The notes under the pieces are model-generated. The model ran no database searches. It was not told the DNA's origin and was given only the letters and a program-made list of their open reading frames with translations. 64,000 nt of DNA from Candidatus Gottesmanbacteria bacterium RIFCSPHIGHO2_01_FULL_40_15 (GTDB taxonomy: Bacteria > Patescibacteriota > Microgenomatia > 2-02-FULL-39-11). This document shows, piece by piece, positions 19,313 through 29,204 of this stretch. A program made the position numbers and the translations under genes. Within the stretch, counting starts at the first letter, position 1. Every line of letters starts with the position of its first letter. The stretch is from positions 22,491 through 86,490 of the forward strand of contig MFJF01000015.1 in the NCBI GenBank assembly GCA_001779115.1, given 5' to 3'.

Positions 19313-21590
19313 AAAACACTTTTTCTTAATTCTTTTCTGTACGGTTGTTACGTTTTTTTATTTCCCCTTTTTTCTGTACGGTAAATTACCGGTAGCCGCC
19401 GACACCATCGTCGGAATGTATCACCCTTTCAGGGACAATATTTGGGACGGATTCAGAGCCGGTGTTCCTTTTAAAAATTACCTGATTACCGATCCGGTCA
19501 GACAGCAATATGTTTGGAGGGAATTGGCTGTAGACCAGATGAAAAAAGGTCAGCTTCCGGTCTGGAATCCTTATTCCTTTTCGGGAACGCCTCTTCTTGC
19601 CAATATTCAGGCTTCGGCTTTTTACCCCCTGAATATTCTCTTTTTTTTCCTGCCGTTTTCATTAGCCTGGTCCTGGCAGATAATTATCTCTGCGTTTTTG
19701 GCCGGAATTTTTATGTATTTATATCTAAGAAACAAAAATATTAGTCCTCCGGCTTCATTTATCGGAGCAATATCTTTCAGTTTTTCAGGCTTTGCTGTTT
19801 CCTGGCTCACCTGGAATACCATACTGCATACGGCCGCATTTCTTCCTTTATCTCTTTTTACCGCTGATAATATTTTTCTTCGTACCCGCCCCTTAAAACT
19901 CCACTTGGCGGTGTTTATTCTATCGCTTGTTTTCGCGTTTCTAGCCGGCCATCTGCAGATATTTTTTTACTCAATGATTTTAATCATCGCCAATATCCTT
20001 TTCAATCTCCGGACTCTTAAAAAAAATAAATTTTCTTATTTATTGTTATTTGGATTGAGTTTTCTGATTTTTATTCTTATCACTCTGCCTCAATCAATCC
20101 CCTTATTCCGTCTGATTTTTGAAAGTGCCCGGGATATTGATCAGGGCGTTTGGAGAAAAGTTGGCTGGTTTATTCCTTGGCAGAATTTAGTCCAGTTTCT
20201 GGTGCCTGATTTCTTCGGAAATCCGGCAACCGGTAATTATTTCGGTATTTGGAATTATATGGAATTTGTGGGGTATATAGGCGTAATCCCGCTGTTATTA
20301 TCCCTTTTTTCACTGGTTTTTATCCGCTCGCAATTAACTCTTTTTTTCGGCTCGGTTCTTATCATTTCCCTGCTGTTTGCATTCCCGACGCCTGTCGCCA
20401 GGCTTGTGTATATCTTCAATATTCCTCTAATTTCAACCGCCCAACCGACCCGGTTATTGTTCCTGGTTGATTTTTCACTGTCGGTTCTTGCCGCATATGG
20501 CCTTAACAGCCTGAAAGACTTTAAAAAATTCCGGAAAATGACAATAATTGCATTAATAATCTTTTTTGTATTTATTATATTATGGCTGTTGGTGTCTCTT
20601 CCTTTTGCCGAACCGCTTTTTTTCGATGAAGGTTTACGCTCAATCAGCCGCAGAAATCTGATCCTGCCCGGATTTATTTTTACGGCCGGCGCTCTTTCCC
20701 TGATGGGCTTTATAAAAAAACAATACAAGGCATCCCGGAAAATATTTATATTTGTTATTTTACTTTTAACAGTTGCCGATCTTATGAGATTTGCCTGGAA
20801 ATTTACACCCTTCAGCAACAGGAATTGGCTTTATCCCCAAACAAAAATTACCGATATTTTAAAAAGAGATACGTCCAAATGGCGTTTTATGTCCCTTGAC
20901 AGAAGAATAATGCCCCCTAATTTTTCAATCGCTTACAGGTTTGAAGACGCCGGTGGATATGATCCCTTATATCTCAAGGATTATAATCTGCTGGTATCTT
21001 CATGGAATCAGGGAAAAAGTGCGGTAGAAGCTTCCCCCTTTAACCGTATTGTCACTCCGCAAATTTCTGACAGTATTATTACCGATATTTTAAACGTCAA
21101 ATACCTTCTTTCGTACGGACCCTTATCATCAACAAAATTGAACTTAACGGCCGCCGAAGGAATGACCTATCTGTATGAGAATAAAAATGTTTTTCCAAGA
21201 GCCTGGCTGACCCCGTTTCTTATAAAAGTAAGTAATCAGGCACAGGTATTGGAAAAAATTTTTGAACTTAAAGATTTCCTGAAAACAATAACCGTCACAT
21301 CAGAGGCTGTTGATTTTAAAAATACCATCAATGCGCTTCCGGCTGTTATTCCCCCGGGCAATTCACCAAAAGACCGGGCAGACCTGGTGCTATGGAGCGA
21401 AAACAGCATCACTGTCAGGACATTTAGCGAAAAAACTCAAATTCTGGTGCTGTCGGAAATATATCATCCCTCCTGGAAAGTTAAAATTAACGGGAAAAAG
21501 GGTAAAATTTATAAAGTAAATTATCTTCTCCGCGGTATCCCTTTGGAAGAGGGTGAAAACCTGGTAGAGATGTCAGCCACCGTTTTTTGA
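19299..21590 (+). CDS. YfhO-family GT-C membrane protein
   Basis: DPVRQQY.WR, LPVWNPYSFSGTPLLAN, AGHLQ, GGYDPL, C-terminal YHPSWKVKING...NYLLRGI. Confidence 0.85.
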   Translation: MNLYKKHFFLILFCTVVTFFYFPFFLYGKLPVAADTIVGMYHPFRDNIWDGFRAGVPFKNYLITDPVRQQYVWRELAVDQMKKGQLPVWNPYSFSGTPLLANIQASAFYPLNILFFFLPFSLAWSWQIIISAFLAGIFMYLYLRNKNISPPASFIGAISFSFSGFAVSWLTWNTILHTAAFLPLSLFTADNIFLRTRPLKLHLAVFILSLVFAFLAGHLQIFFYSMILIIANILFNLRTLKKNKFSYLLLFGLSFLIFILITLPQSIPLFRLIFESARDIDQGVWRKVGWFIPWQNLVQFLVPDFFGNPATGNYFGIWNYMEFVGYIGVIPLLLSLFSLVFIRSQLTLFFGSVLIISLLFAFPTPVARLVYIFNIPLISTAQPTRLLFLVDFSLSVLAAYGLNSLKDFKKFRKMTIIALIIFFVFIILWLLVSLPFAEPLFFDEGLRSISRRNLILPGFIFTAGALSLMGFIKKQYKASRKIFIFVILLLTVADLMRFAWKFTPFSNRNWLYPQTKITDILKRDTSKWRFMSLDRRIMPPNFSIAYRFEDAGGYDPLYLKDYNLLVSSWNQGKSAVEASPFNRIVTPQISDSIITDILNVKYLLSYGPLSSTKLNLTAAEGMTYLYENKNVFPRAWLTPFLIKVSNQAQVLEKIFELKDFLKTITVTSEAVDFKNTINALPAVIPPGNSPKDRADLVLWSENSITVRTFSEKTQILVLSEIYHPSWKVKINGKKGKIYKVNYLLRGIPLEEGENLVEMSATVF

Positions 21591-21592
21591 AT

Positions 21593-22417
21593 ATGAAAAT
21601 TTCAATTATCATTCCCAATTATAACGGCCGCGTACTTTTAGAAAAAAATCTGCCTGAAGTAATTAAAAACAGTCCGGCCGCGGAAATTATTGTGGTTGAT
21701 GACGCTTCCGGCGACGATTCAGTTTTTTTCTTAAAAAAGAATTTTCCCGGTATAAAAATAATCGGAAAAAATAAAAATACCGGTTTTTCTTCAACGGTAA
21801 ATACCGGAGTTGAAAAAGCAAAGGGAGATTTAATAATACTTCTAAACACTGATGTCTATCCGAAAAAAGATTATGTTAAACCGCTCCTTTCGTATTTTAA
21901 CGATCCCCTGACTTTTGCCGTTGGTATGCTGCAGGAAAGTCATGAAGGAGGAAAGATTATAAAAAGGGGCAGGGGAGAAGGTGAATTCAAAAAAGGATTT
22001 TTGATTCACCGGCGGGGGCAGATAGATAAAAATGATACTCTTTGGGTTTCGGGAGGCGCCGGGATTTTCAGAAAAAGTATTTGGGAAAAATTGGGCGGTT
22101 TTGATGAAATATTCGATCCTTTTTATTGGGAAGATATAGACTTATCCTTCAGGGCGGTTAAAAAAGGATATAAAATTTGGTTTGAAAAAAATTCCGTTGT
22201 TGTCCACCGCCAATCGCAAGGATCGATCAGAAATGAATATAATCCTTCCCGGATAAAAACTATTGCCTATAGAAACCAGTTTTATTTTGTCCGTAAAAAC
22301 TTGACCGGAGCGGATGACAGAATTGCCCATTACATCTGGCTTCCTTATCATTTTATAAATGCGCTAAAATCCGGCGACTGGCCTTTTTTTATGGGATTTT
22401 TTCCGAAAAAACAATGA
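21593..22417 (+). CDS. GT2 glycosyltransferase
   Basis: IIPNYNG, VDDASGD, LLNTDV, GGFDE.F.PFYWEDID. Confidence 0.9.
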   Translation: MKISIIIPNYNGRVLLEKNLPEVIKNSPAAEIIVVDDASGDDSVFFLKKNFPGIKIIGKNKNTGFSSTVNTGVEKAKGDLIILLNTDVYPKKDYVKPLLSYFNDPLTFAVGMLQESHEGGKIIKRGRGEGEFKKGFLIHRRGQIDKNDTLWVSGGAGIFRKSIWEKLGGFDEIFDPFYWEDIDLSFRAVKKGYKIWFEKNSVVVHRQSQGSIRNEYNPSRIKTIAYRNQFYFVRKNLTGADDRIAHYIWLPYHFINALKSGDWPFFMGFFPKKQ

Positions 22418-22611
22418 AGAATATTAGCCGGAGAAAGATTATCCTTACAGCTGTAATTTTTCTGATACTTCTTCTAGATTGGGCAGCCCTGGATGACATT
22501 ACCACCGGAAATGAGCCTGATTATTACGGTGAATACGCGGTTTTGATATTAAGCGCCGTTTTTTTTGTAATTTATTTTCTTTGGAAAAGTACCCGGAAAA
22601 AAGCCGTTTGA
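22414..22611 (+). CDS. Small 2-TM membrane protein with acidic loop
   Basis: 65 aa: TM, then LDWAALDDITTGNEPDYYGEY, then TM, with basic termini; ATGA overlap with upstream stop. Confidence 0.7.
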   Translation: MKNISRRKIILTAVIFLILLLDWAALDDITTGNEPDYYGEYAVLILSAVFFVIYFLWKSTRKKAV

Positions 22612-22629
22612 GGACGCATAATTCTAATC

Positions 22630-22638
22630 TGTTATAAT
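22630..22638 (+). promoter_or_regulatory. Extended -10 promoter TGTTATAAT upstream of transaldolase-family gene
   Basis: Perfect TGnTATAAT in the short intergenic gap. Confidence 0.55.
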
Positions 22639-22671
22639 GGCTTGAGAAATTATATCTTCCTGCCTGAGTTT

Positions 22672-23877
22672 ATGAAGGAAAGCGTATTGGAACGACTGGC
22701 CAGAGTCCATCCTGATCTTGAAATCTGGTGGGATTCTTCTCCTCTTGTTTTTACTTCCTGGGTTAAGAAAATGGTTGATGGTTCGGAAGTTTCCCGAAAA
22801 AACAGACTGGCGGAGCAGCTTAACAGGATATATTCCGTTGAAAATCCTGAAAAAAGTCTGATTCGCGGTTGCACTACCAATCCGCCGCTGTCATTGGCTG
22901 CCGTAAAAAACGATCTTCCTTATTGGAACAATTGGATAGATAATCTGATAAATAAAAACAGGGGGTTTAACCGATATGAATATTTTCTTTTAACTTATAA
23001 GGAAATAATCCGCAGAGGTGCCCTTATGATGCTGCCGATTTGGAAAGCCACAAAAGGCCGATACGGTTACATTTCCGGACAGCTTGATCCGAGGCTTCTG
23101 ACAGAGACGGACCAAATGATAAAACAGGCCCGTGAAATACGCTCAATTGCCCCCAATGTCATGATAAAGGTTCCTGCCAGTACCCAGGGTGTGGAAGTGG
23201 TAAAAGTATTAACTTCGCTGGCTATTCCGACCAATGTCACTACCTGTTTTACCTTACCGCAAATATGGGCGGTTGCCAAAGCAGCCAAATTAGGAGTTAA
23301 AATAGCCCTGAAAAATAAAGTGGATATGAGCCGGTGGCGGGCCGTCATTACCATGATGATTGGCCGGCTGACGGAAAATCCGGAATTGGAAACCCAGGCC
23401 AAAGCCCACAATATTTCACTGTCCTGGAAAGATAAGCATTGGTTAGGCATTTATATATTCCGAAAAGCTTACAATTTATTGCATGAAAATGACATGCCCA
23501 GCAAAATGCTTGCCTGTTCAATGCGCGACGGACCTCACCTGAACGGCAAATACCGTTTTTGGGATATTGAAAAAATTGCCGGTAATATCATCTATACCAT
23601 GCCGCCGTACGTTCTTGACCCGCTGTTTAACCTCTGCGGCGGTCTTACTTTCCGTGAAGAAATTCTTTATGAAGATGTGCCTACCGGGGTAATGCATAAA
23701 CTGGAAAAAATACCGTTCGCCCGCTCGGCTTGGGATAAAGACGGTATGGCTGTTGACCGGTTCAACACCCATCCGTCAACGGTCGCCACATCAAAAGCTT
23801 TCAGAGCCGCATCATCCGGTTTGGAAGAATATATCGGAGAACGGATGAAAATTATTAAAAAGACAATCCGGAAATGA
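22672..23877 (+). CDS. Transaldolase/FSA-family Schiff-base enzyme (divergent)
   Basis: WWDS, GCTTNP, SGQLDP, NVMIKVP (Schiff-base Lys), TNVTTCFT, MIGRL, ACSMR. Start ATG 22672. Confidence 0.85.
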   Translation: MKESVLERLARVHPDLEIWWDSSPLVFTSWVKKMVDGSEVSRKNRLAEQLNRIYSVENPEKSLIRGCTTNPPLSLAAVKNDLPYWNNWIDNLINKNRGFNRYEYFLLTYKEIIRRGALMMLPIWKATKGRYGYISGQLDPRLLTETDQMIKQAREIRSIAPNVMIKVPASTQGVEVVKVLTSLAIPTNVTTCFTLPQIWAVAKAAKLGVKIALKNKVDMSRWRAVITMMIGRLTENPELETQAKAHNISLSWKDKHWLGIYIFRKAYNLLHENDMPSKMLACSMRDGPHLNGKYRFWDIEKIAGNIIYTMPPYVLDPLFNLCGGLTFREEILYEDVPTGVMHKLEKIPFARSAWDKDGMAVDRFNTHPSTVATSKAFRAASSGLEEYIGERMKIIKKTIRK

Positions 23878-25037
23878 CAGGCAAAACAACAAGACAAAAA
23901 ATGTTAAAAAAAACAATTGAGGATTATTTTGTTCCCTGGATTAAACCGCTGAAAATGTATGTTTCGGACCATATCGAACTGGCCTGGCAAAAGCCCGGTC
24001 TTCACCGGATGATGTCCAATGAAAACCCGGTCCCTCCGTCCCGGAAAATAATAAAAACCATATTAAAATATTCCGCTTTGGCCAACCGGTATCCTGACCA
24101 GGGCCTTTCCGTCAGGTCAAAAATTGCCGCAATAAACGGACTGAAAGGCCCTGAAAATGTTGTTCTCGGTAACGGATCGAGCGAAATATTTGATATGATT
24201 TTCAGGTCTTTTGTTACCAGGGGTGATCAGGTGATTCAAGAGATTCCGTGCTTTGGTATCTACAAATTAAGATGTGAATTGCTTGGAGGAAAAATAGTTT
24301 CCGTACCCATGATCTACCGTGACAATCAACTTTTATACAATACCGATGCCCTTTTAAAGTTGGTGTCTTCAAAAACTAAGATCATCACCATTGCCAATCC
24401 GAATAACCCTTCCGGAAATTTTATGGATAACAGGGATTTTGTAAAAATCGCCGGTACCGGTATTCCGTTTGTGATAGACGAAGCTTATATAGAGTATTCC
24501 GGTTTGGGAAAATCGCAGGTTAATCTGATTAAAAAATTCCAAAACGTGATTATCACCAGAACTTTATCCAAAGCATACGGATTAGCCGGTCTCCGCTTCG
24601 GCTACCTTCTGGCCGATGAAGGAATTGCCGGAAAAATTGCCGCGACTCTCATTCCCTGGAATGTGGGAACTATTTCAATGTGGACTGCCCTTACTGCTTT
24701 AGAGGATAACCGTGATCTGGAAAAAAAGGTCAAATACAATAACCGACAGGTTGCTTTCATAATAAAAATGCTGGAAAATATTCCCGGATTAATCAGTTTT
24801 CCTTCCCGGGCTAATTTCATTCTTTTTGACGCCGGGCCGGCCGGATATAAAGGCGCCGATATTATTGAATTTGCCACTAAAAGGGGAATAATTCTGCGCG
24901 GTGAAAAAACTCAATACGGCAGTGACGGCTGGTTCCGGGTTACGATCGGCACGGAAAAGGAGAATCAAAAGTTTGTGGGATTGATCAGGGATTTTTTCTC
25001 ATTTAATAATTCTAAAAAAAACAGATTAAAGCAGTGA
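23874..25037 (+). CDS. PLP-dependent enzyme, HisC/CobD-like class I/II aminotransferase
   Basis: SNENP, RYPD, GNGSSE, NPNNPSG, DEAYIEY, RTLSKAYGLAGLRFGY. Confidence 0.9.
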   Translation: MTGKTTRQKMLKKTIEDYFVPWIKPLKMYVSDHIELAWQKPGLHRMMSNENPVPPSRKIIKTILKYSALANRYPDQGLSVRSKIAAINGLKGPENVVLGNGSSEIFDMIFRSFVTRGDQVIQEIPCFGIYKLRCELLGGKIVSVPMIYRDNQLLYNTDALLKLVSSKTKIITIANPNNPSGNFMDNRDFVKIAGTGIPFVIDEAYIEYSGLGKSQVNLIKKFQNVIITRTLSKAYGLAGLRFGYLLADEGIAGKIAATLIPWNVGTISMWTALTALEDNRDLEKKVKYNNRQVAFIIKMLENIPGLISFPSRANFILFDAGPAGYKGADIIEFATKRGIILRGEKTQYGSDGWFRVTIGTEKENQKFVGLIRDFFSFNNSKKNRLKQ

Positions 25038-25069
25038 ATCCGGTTTTTAAATATTATAGGCTCCCGGTA

Positions 25070-25078
25070 TGGTACAAT
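25070..25078 (+). promoter_or_regulatory. Extended -10 TGGTACAAT 6 nt upstream of ATG (putative leaderless promoter of GT-C array)
   Basis: TGGTACAAT-AACTAA-ATG(25085). Confidence 0.55.
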
Positions 25079-25084
25079 AACTAA

Positions 25085-26758
25085 ATGAAAAAGACATTGG
25101 TGCTTTTGGGCGCCGTGACAATCCTGGCTGCTGTTTTAAGATTATACCGGCTGGGTTCAACGCCCATTTCCCTTGAGTGGGATGAAGTAGCCATCGGATA
25201 TGATGCTTATTCCCTAATAAAAACCGGCCGTGATCAGTTTGGGGATTTACTTCCTGTCACTTTCCGTTCACTGGATGATTACAAGCCTCCTATTTATGAA
25301 TATCTTACCGTTATTCCGGTTTCCGTTTTCGGATTAACCGGTTTTGCCGTCAGATTACCCTCTGCTTTGTCCGGTATCGGTATGGTTTTTCTTCTTTATT
25401 TTTTTGCCGGTATTTTATTTCAAAATATTTTTTTATTGAAAAATTACAAAAATAAAGCCGCTCTGCTGGCTTCTTTTTTATTGGCTGTTTCTCCCTGGCA
25501 TATTCAGTTTTCAAGGGCTGCCTTTGAAGTTAATGTGGCAGCTTTAATAACTGTTTCAGCGGTCTTTTTGTTCCTTAAAGGGCTCAAAAACCCCCGTTAT
25601 TTCATATATTCGGCAGGTCTTTTCGGGCTTGATTTATTTTCTTATCATTCTGCACGAGTTGTCGCGCCTCTTTTATTAATCTTCCTTTTTGTGATTTTTA
25701 ATAAATCCTTGCCCGGCAAAAAGCCGGTAATTTATTTTATGGTAATTTTTGGAGTTTTCCTTCTGGCTGTTCTGCCGGTCTTATTTTCCCAAAACGCCCA
25801 AATCAGATTTACGGCAACCAATATTTTCCGTCCGGCTGCCCGTTATCTGGATGAAAAAGACCTGGATAAGATTTTTCTTGAACAGAGATTGAACGATATA
25901 TTCAAGGGATATGAATTTAGCGGTAAAATTTTTCACAACCGCCGGTTAGTCTGGTTTGATTATGACACGCTTAAAAAAGCTTTTAATAATTATCTATCCA
26001 ATTACCGGTTTGAATATCTGTTTATCAAAGGAGATGCACCGCTCCATCATGCGCCCGGTTTTGGCTTATTTCATATGTGGGAGTTGCCGTATCTTGCCGC
26101 CGGGATAATCTTTTTACTGTTTAAAGGTTTAAACCGTTACAGCCTTTTTCTGCTTTTTTGGCTTTTAATTGCTCCTTTGCCCAATGCCGTCACCAGGGAA
26201 GCTCCTCACTCCGTCAGAACACTTCTGTTGCTTCCGGTCTATCAGCTGTTGGGGGCAGCCGGTCTGATTTATCTCTATAATTTGGCAAAAGAAAACTTTT
26301 GGGTTCTCTTTCTGCCGGTCACCATAATTACTTTTCTGTTTATAATAAATCACGGCTATTATCTGCATCAGTATTTCATCCATACCGATTTTGATGTTGC
26401 CGCAAACTGGAAATACGGCCGGAAACAGGCGGTAAATATTACTGAAAAAATAAAAATCAATTATGACCGGGTTCTGGTGTCTCTGTCTCTTGAGATGCCG
26501 CATGTTTTTTGGCTGTTTTACAGCCGGTTTCCTCCCGACCGGTATCTGGTAAACGGCGGGACAGTTTCGGGAGGTTATGCTGATGAGAGGAACTCTTTTG
26601 ATAAATATCAGTTTCGTAATTTTGATTATAAACTGTTAAAGGGTCAGGGAAACCTGCTGTTGGTCGGTACACCCGGTGATTTTCCGGCCGGAGCCGATAT
26701 TTTTGTAAACATTTATAACCCCGACGGTTCAGTTGCTCTGCAGATGGCCCGAAACTGA
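25085..26758 (+). CDS. GT-C ArnT/PMT-like glycosyltransferase, array paralog 1
   Basis: LEWDEVAIGYDAY..TGRDQFG, FRSLDDYKPP, VRLPSA, SPWHIQFSRAAFE, FHNRR, WKYG. Confidence 0.85.
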   Translation: MKKTLVLLGAVTILAAVLRLYRLGSTPISLEWDEVAIGYDAYSLIKTGRDQFGDLLPVTFRSLDDYKPPIYEYLTVIPVSVFGLTGFAVRLPSALSGIGMVFLLYFFAGILFQNIFLLKNYKNKAALLASFLLAVSPWHIQFSRAAFEVNVAALITVSAVFLFLKGLKNPRYFIYSAGLFGLDLFSYHSARVVAPLLLIFLFVIFNKSLPGKKPVIYFMVIFGVFLLAVLPVLFSQNAQIRFTATNIFRPAARYLDEKDLDKIFLEQRLNDIFKGYEFSGKIFHNRRLVWFDYDTLKKAFNNYLSNYRFEYLFIKGDAPLHHAPGFGLFHMWELPYLAAGIIFLLFKGLNRYSLFLLFWLLIAPLPNAVTREAPHSVRTLLLLPVYQLLGAAGLIYLYNLAKENFWVLFLPVTIITFLFIINHGYYLHQYFIHTDFDVAANWKYGRKQAVNITEKIKINYDRVLVSLSLEMPHVFWLFYSRFPPDRYLVNGGTVSGGYADERNSFDKYQFRNFDYKLLKGQGNLLLVGTPGDFPAGADIFVNIYNPDGSVALQMARN

Positions 26759-26765
26759 TAATTTT

Positions 26766-27554
26766 ATGTCCGTCTTTCTGCTTTTAACTTTAATAAGCAT
26801 ATTTAATATCATTATCAGATTTTTTAACTCCTCCGCCCGGTTTAATTCTTCTCTTACCGCATTTGTCCCCGTTGTTTTATATTTTTATCTGGCTAATTAT
26901 TTTAAAAGAAAAAAAATTGCCCTTATCAGTTCATTTATTTTCAGCCTTTTACCGCAAACAGTGGCTTTAGGCCGGATCGCCTCTCCCGTAAATTTCCAGG
27001 TATTTCTGTTTTTGCTATTCCTGATATGTTTTTCCTATATCAGAAAAATATCTGTCCGGATCGGGCTTTTTTTTCTGTGGTTTTACATATCTTTTTTGAC
27101 CTTCAGGGGTTTTTGGTTTTATCACTCCTATCCCCAAAATTCTGTGTATAAATTGATGGAAAATATTTTCAATCTGACTTCTTTTAACCTTCTCTTTTTC
27201 AACAACGTGACATACTACTGGGGTGGCGTCAGGGAAAACGGTATATTGTATATTGCCCTGTTGCCTTTTTTTTTGATCGGGCTTTTTACCCTTATCCGGT
27301 CAAAAACTACAAACATCATAAGCGTCACGGCAGTCATATTCATTTTAACGGTCATGTCACCGTCATACCCTGAATCCAAGGAAATTTTCATGGCTTTTCC
27401 CATGCTGTCGGCCGTTACCGGCCGGGGTTTTTATGAATTATGGCACCGGAATAATTTGTTAAACCGGTTATTTACAGGGTTTTTGATTTTATTTCTTATT
27501 TATGAAACAGCCCAGTTTTTGCATTATTACTTTATTCATTTTCCCCTGGAATGA
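26766..27554 (+). CDS. Short, internally deleted GT-C-like membrane protein
   Basis: 262 aa from ATG 26766. Retains KIALISSFIFSLLP..VALGR, GILY...PFFLIGL and FLHYYFIHFP, but has no DE/DYKPP loop. Confidence 0.55.
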   Translation: MSVFLLLTLISIFNIIIRFFNSSARFNSSLTAFVPVVLYFYLANYFKRKKIALISSFIFSLLPQTVALGRIASPVNFQVFLFLLFLICFSYIRKISVRIGLFFLWFYISFLTFRGFWFYHSYPQNSVYKLMENIFNLTSFNLLFFNNVTYYWGGVRENGILYIALLPFFLIGLFTLIRSKTTNIISVTAVIFILTVMSPSYPESKEIFMAFPMLSAVTGRGFYELWHRNNLLNRLFTGFLILFLIYETAQFLHYYFIHFPLE

Positions 27555-29200
27555 CGATGTTTAAAATAAATAAGGCGGTTTTTTTTCTGATCCTGATATT
27601 ATCACTGGCCACATGTCTTCGGCTTTGGAAATTGGATTCAATTCCTCCGTCATTATATTCGGATGAGGCAAATCTGGGTTATAATGCTTACTCAATTCTA
27701 AAGACCTTCCGGGACGAACACGGAATTTTTCTGCCCGTTTCATTGAGATCTTTCGGCGACTGGAAACCGCCCCTGCCGGCATATTTGATGATCCCTCCGA
27801 TTTACTTATTCGGCTTAAACGAATTTTCAGTCCGGCTGCCCTCAGCAATCCTTGGGGTAGGTTCTGTTTTCCTGATATACCGGTTGGTGAATTTAATCTT
27901 TTTGTCCGCTTCTTTCAGGGGAAAAGCCGCTCTTTTAAGTGCTTTTTTCCTGGCTCTTTCTCCCTGGCATCTGCTCCAGAGCCGTGCCTCCATGCTGGTA
28001 ATGGTTGCCCTTTATTTTCTCCAGCTCGGAGTTTATTTTTTTCTTAAAGGAAAAACTGACCGCCGTAATTTCTACTGGGGGTCCCTTTTTTTAACCGTGA
28101 CTTTTTATGCTTACTACGGAATGAGACTGATTTCACCGCTGCTTTTTTTAATTCTCATAATTTATAATTACCGGGAATTCTTCCGGAAAAAAATCTGGCT
28201 AAAATCTTTCCTGATAGTTTTGCTGATGATAACTCCGCTTATACTGGGTTTTATTAAAAATCCGGACGTAGTTTTCGGCCGGGCCAAAACAGTCAGTGTT
28301 TTTTATGACCGGGGAACAGATTTAAGATTGTGGGAACTGACAACTCAGGACGGTATTTCAGCCGATCCTCTTATAACGCGCTTTTTTCATAACCGCCCCT
28401 ATCAATTCGGTAAAAAAATCCTTTCCAATTTCTTTACCCATTTCCATGGAAAATTCCTTTTCCTGGAAGGGGATAAATCCCAGCCGTTTGAAACACCGGG
28501 AATGGGTATTTTATATCTTTTTGACGGCATTTTTATTCCGGCGGGCCTGTTTATCAGTTTAAAATTACGGTCTTCATTTGGTAAGTTTTTTGTAATTTGG
28601 CTCATAATATCAATTTTTCCGGCAGCCCTGACATTTATGGTCCCCTCTTCAAACCGGACTTTTAATGCTGTAATACCTCTGTCCGTGTATTTCTCACTGG
28701 GATTTTATTATTTTAGCAGGAAAATACATTCCCGGATTTTGGCGGCGCTATTTCTTACAGTTGTATATTTCTCGGCATTCACGTATTTTATGAAAATTTA
28801 TTTTATCAGCATACCCGAAAACTACAGCCATATATGGAATTACGGCTGGAAACAGGCAACCGGATTTGTCCAAAAACAGGCTGCTGATTATGACAATATA
28901 ATAGTATCGGATGTCGGAATGCCATATATATATTTCCTATTTTACAACAAATATGACCCGGCCAGGTTTCAAAAAGAAGCTGTCAGAAGTTATGCGGCCG
29001 ATCAGTTCGGATTTGAACATGTCCTCGGATTCAATAAATATCTTTTTATAAATGAAATGGACTGGCGGGAAACAAAAAATAGTCTGATGGATAATACTCT
29101 TTATCTTGTCCATAAAGACCGGATGGGGGAAGAAGTCGGGTCAGCTGAAGTTATAAAATACCAAAGCGGACTGCCTGCCGTTAATATCTTCAGGAATTAA
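27551..29200 (+). CDS. GT-C ArnT/PMT-like glycosyltransferase, array paralog 2
   Basis: LYSDEANLGYNAY..DEHG, RSFGDWKPP, VRLPSA, SPWH, FFHNR, WNYGWKQ. Confidence 0.85.
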   Translation: MTMFKINKAVFFLILILSLATCLRLWKLDSIPPSLYSDEANLGYNAYSILKTFRDEHGIFLPVSLRSFGDWKPPLPAYLMIPPIYLFGLNEFSVRLPSAILGVGSVFLIYRLVNLIFLSASFRGKAALLSAFFLALSPWHLLQSRASMLVMVALYFLQLGVYFFLKGKTDRRNFYWGSLFLTVTFYAYYGMRLISPLLFLILIIYNYREFFRKKIWLKSFLIVLLMITPLILGFIKNPDVVFGRAKTVSVFYDRGTDLRLWELTTQDGISADPLITRFFHNRPYQFGKKILSNFFTHFHGKFLFLEGDKSQPFETPGMGILYLFDGIFIPAGLFISLKLRSSFGKFFVIWLIISIFPAALTFMVPSSNRTFNAVIPLSVYFSLGFYYFSRKIHSRILAALFLTVVYFSAFTYFMKIYFISIPENYSHIWNYGWKQATGFVQKQAADYDNIIVSDVGMPYIYFLFYNKYDPARFQKEAVRSYAADQFGFEHVLGFNKYLFINEMDWRETKNSLMDNTLYLVHKDRMGEEVGSAEVIKYQSGLPAVNIFRN

Positions 29201-29204
29201 AAAA

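Noticed and set aside
23874-25037. Calling this gene hisC of histidine biosynthesis
   Set aside because: Family motifs fit, but no other his genes are in the window and the context suggests another role, so the symbol is withheld
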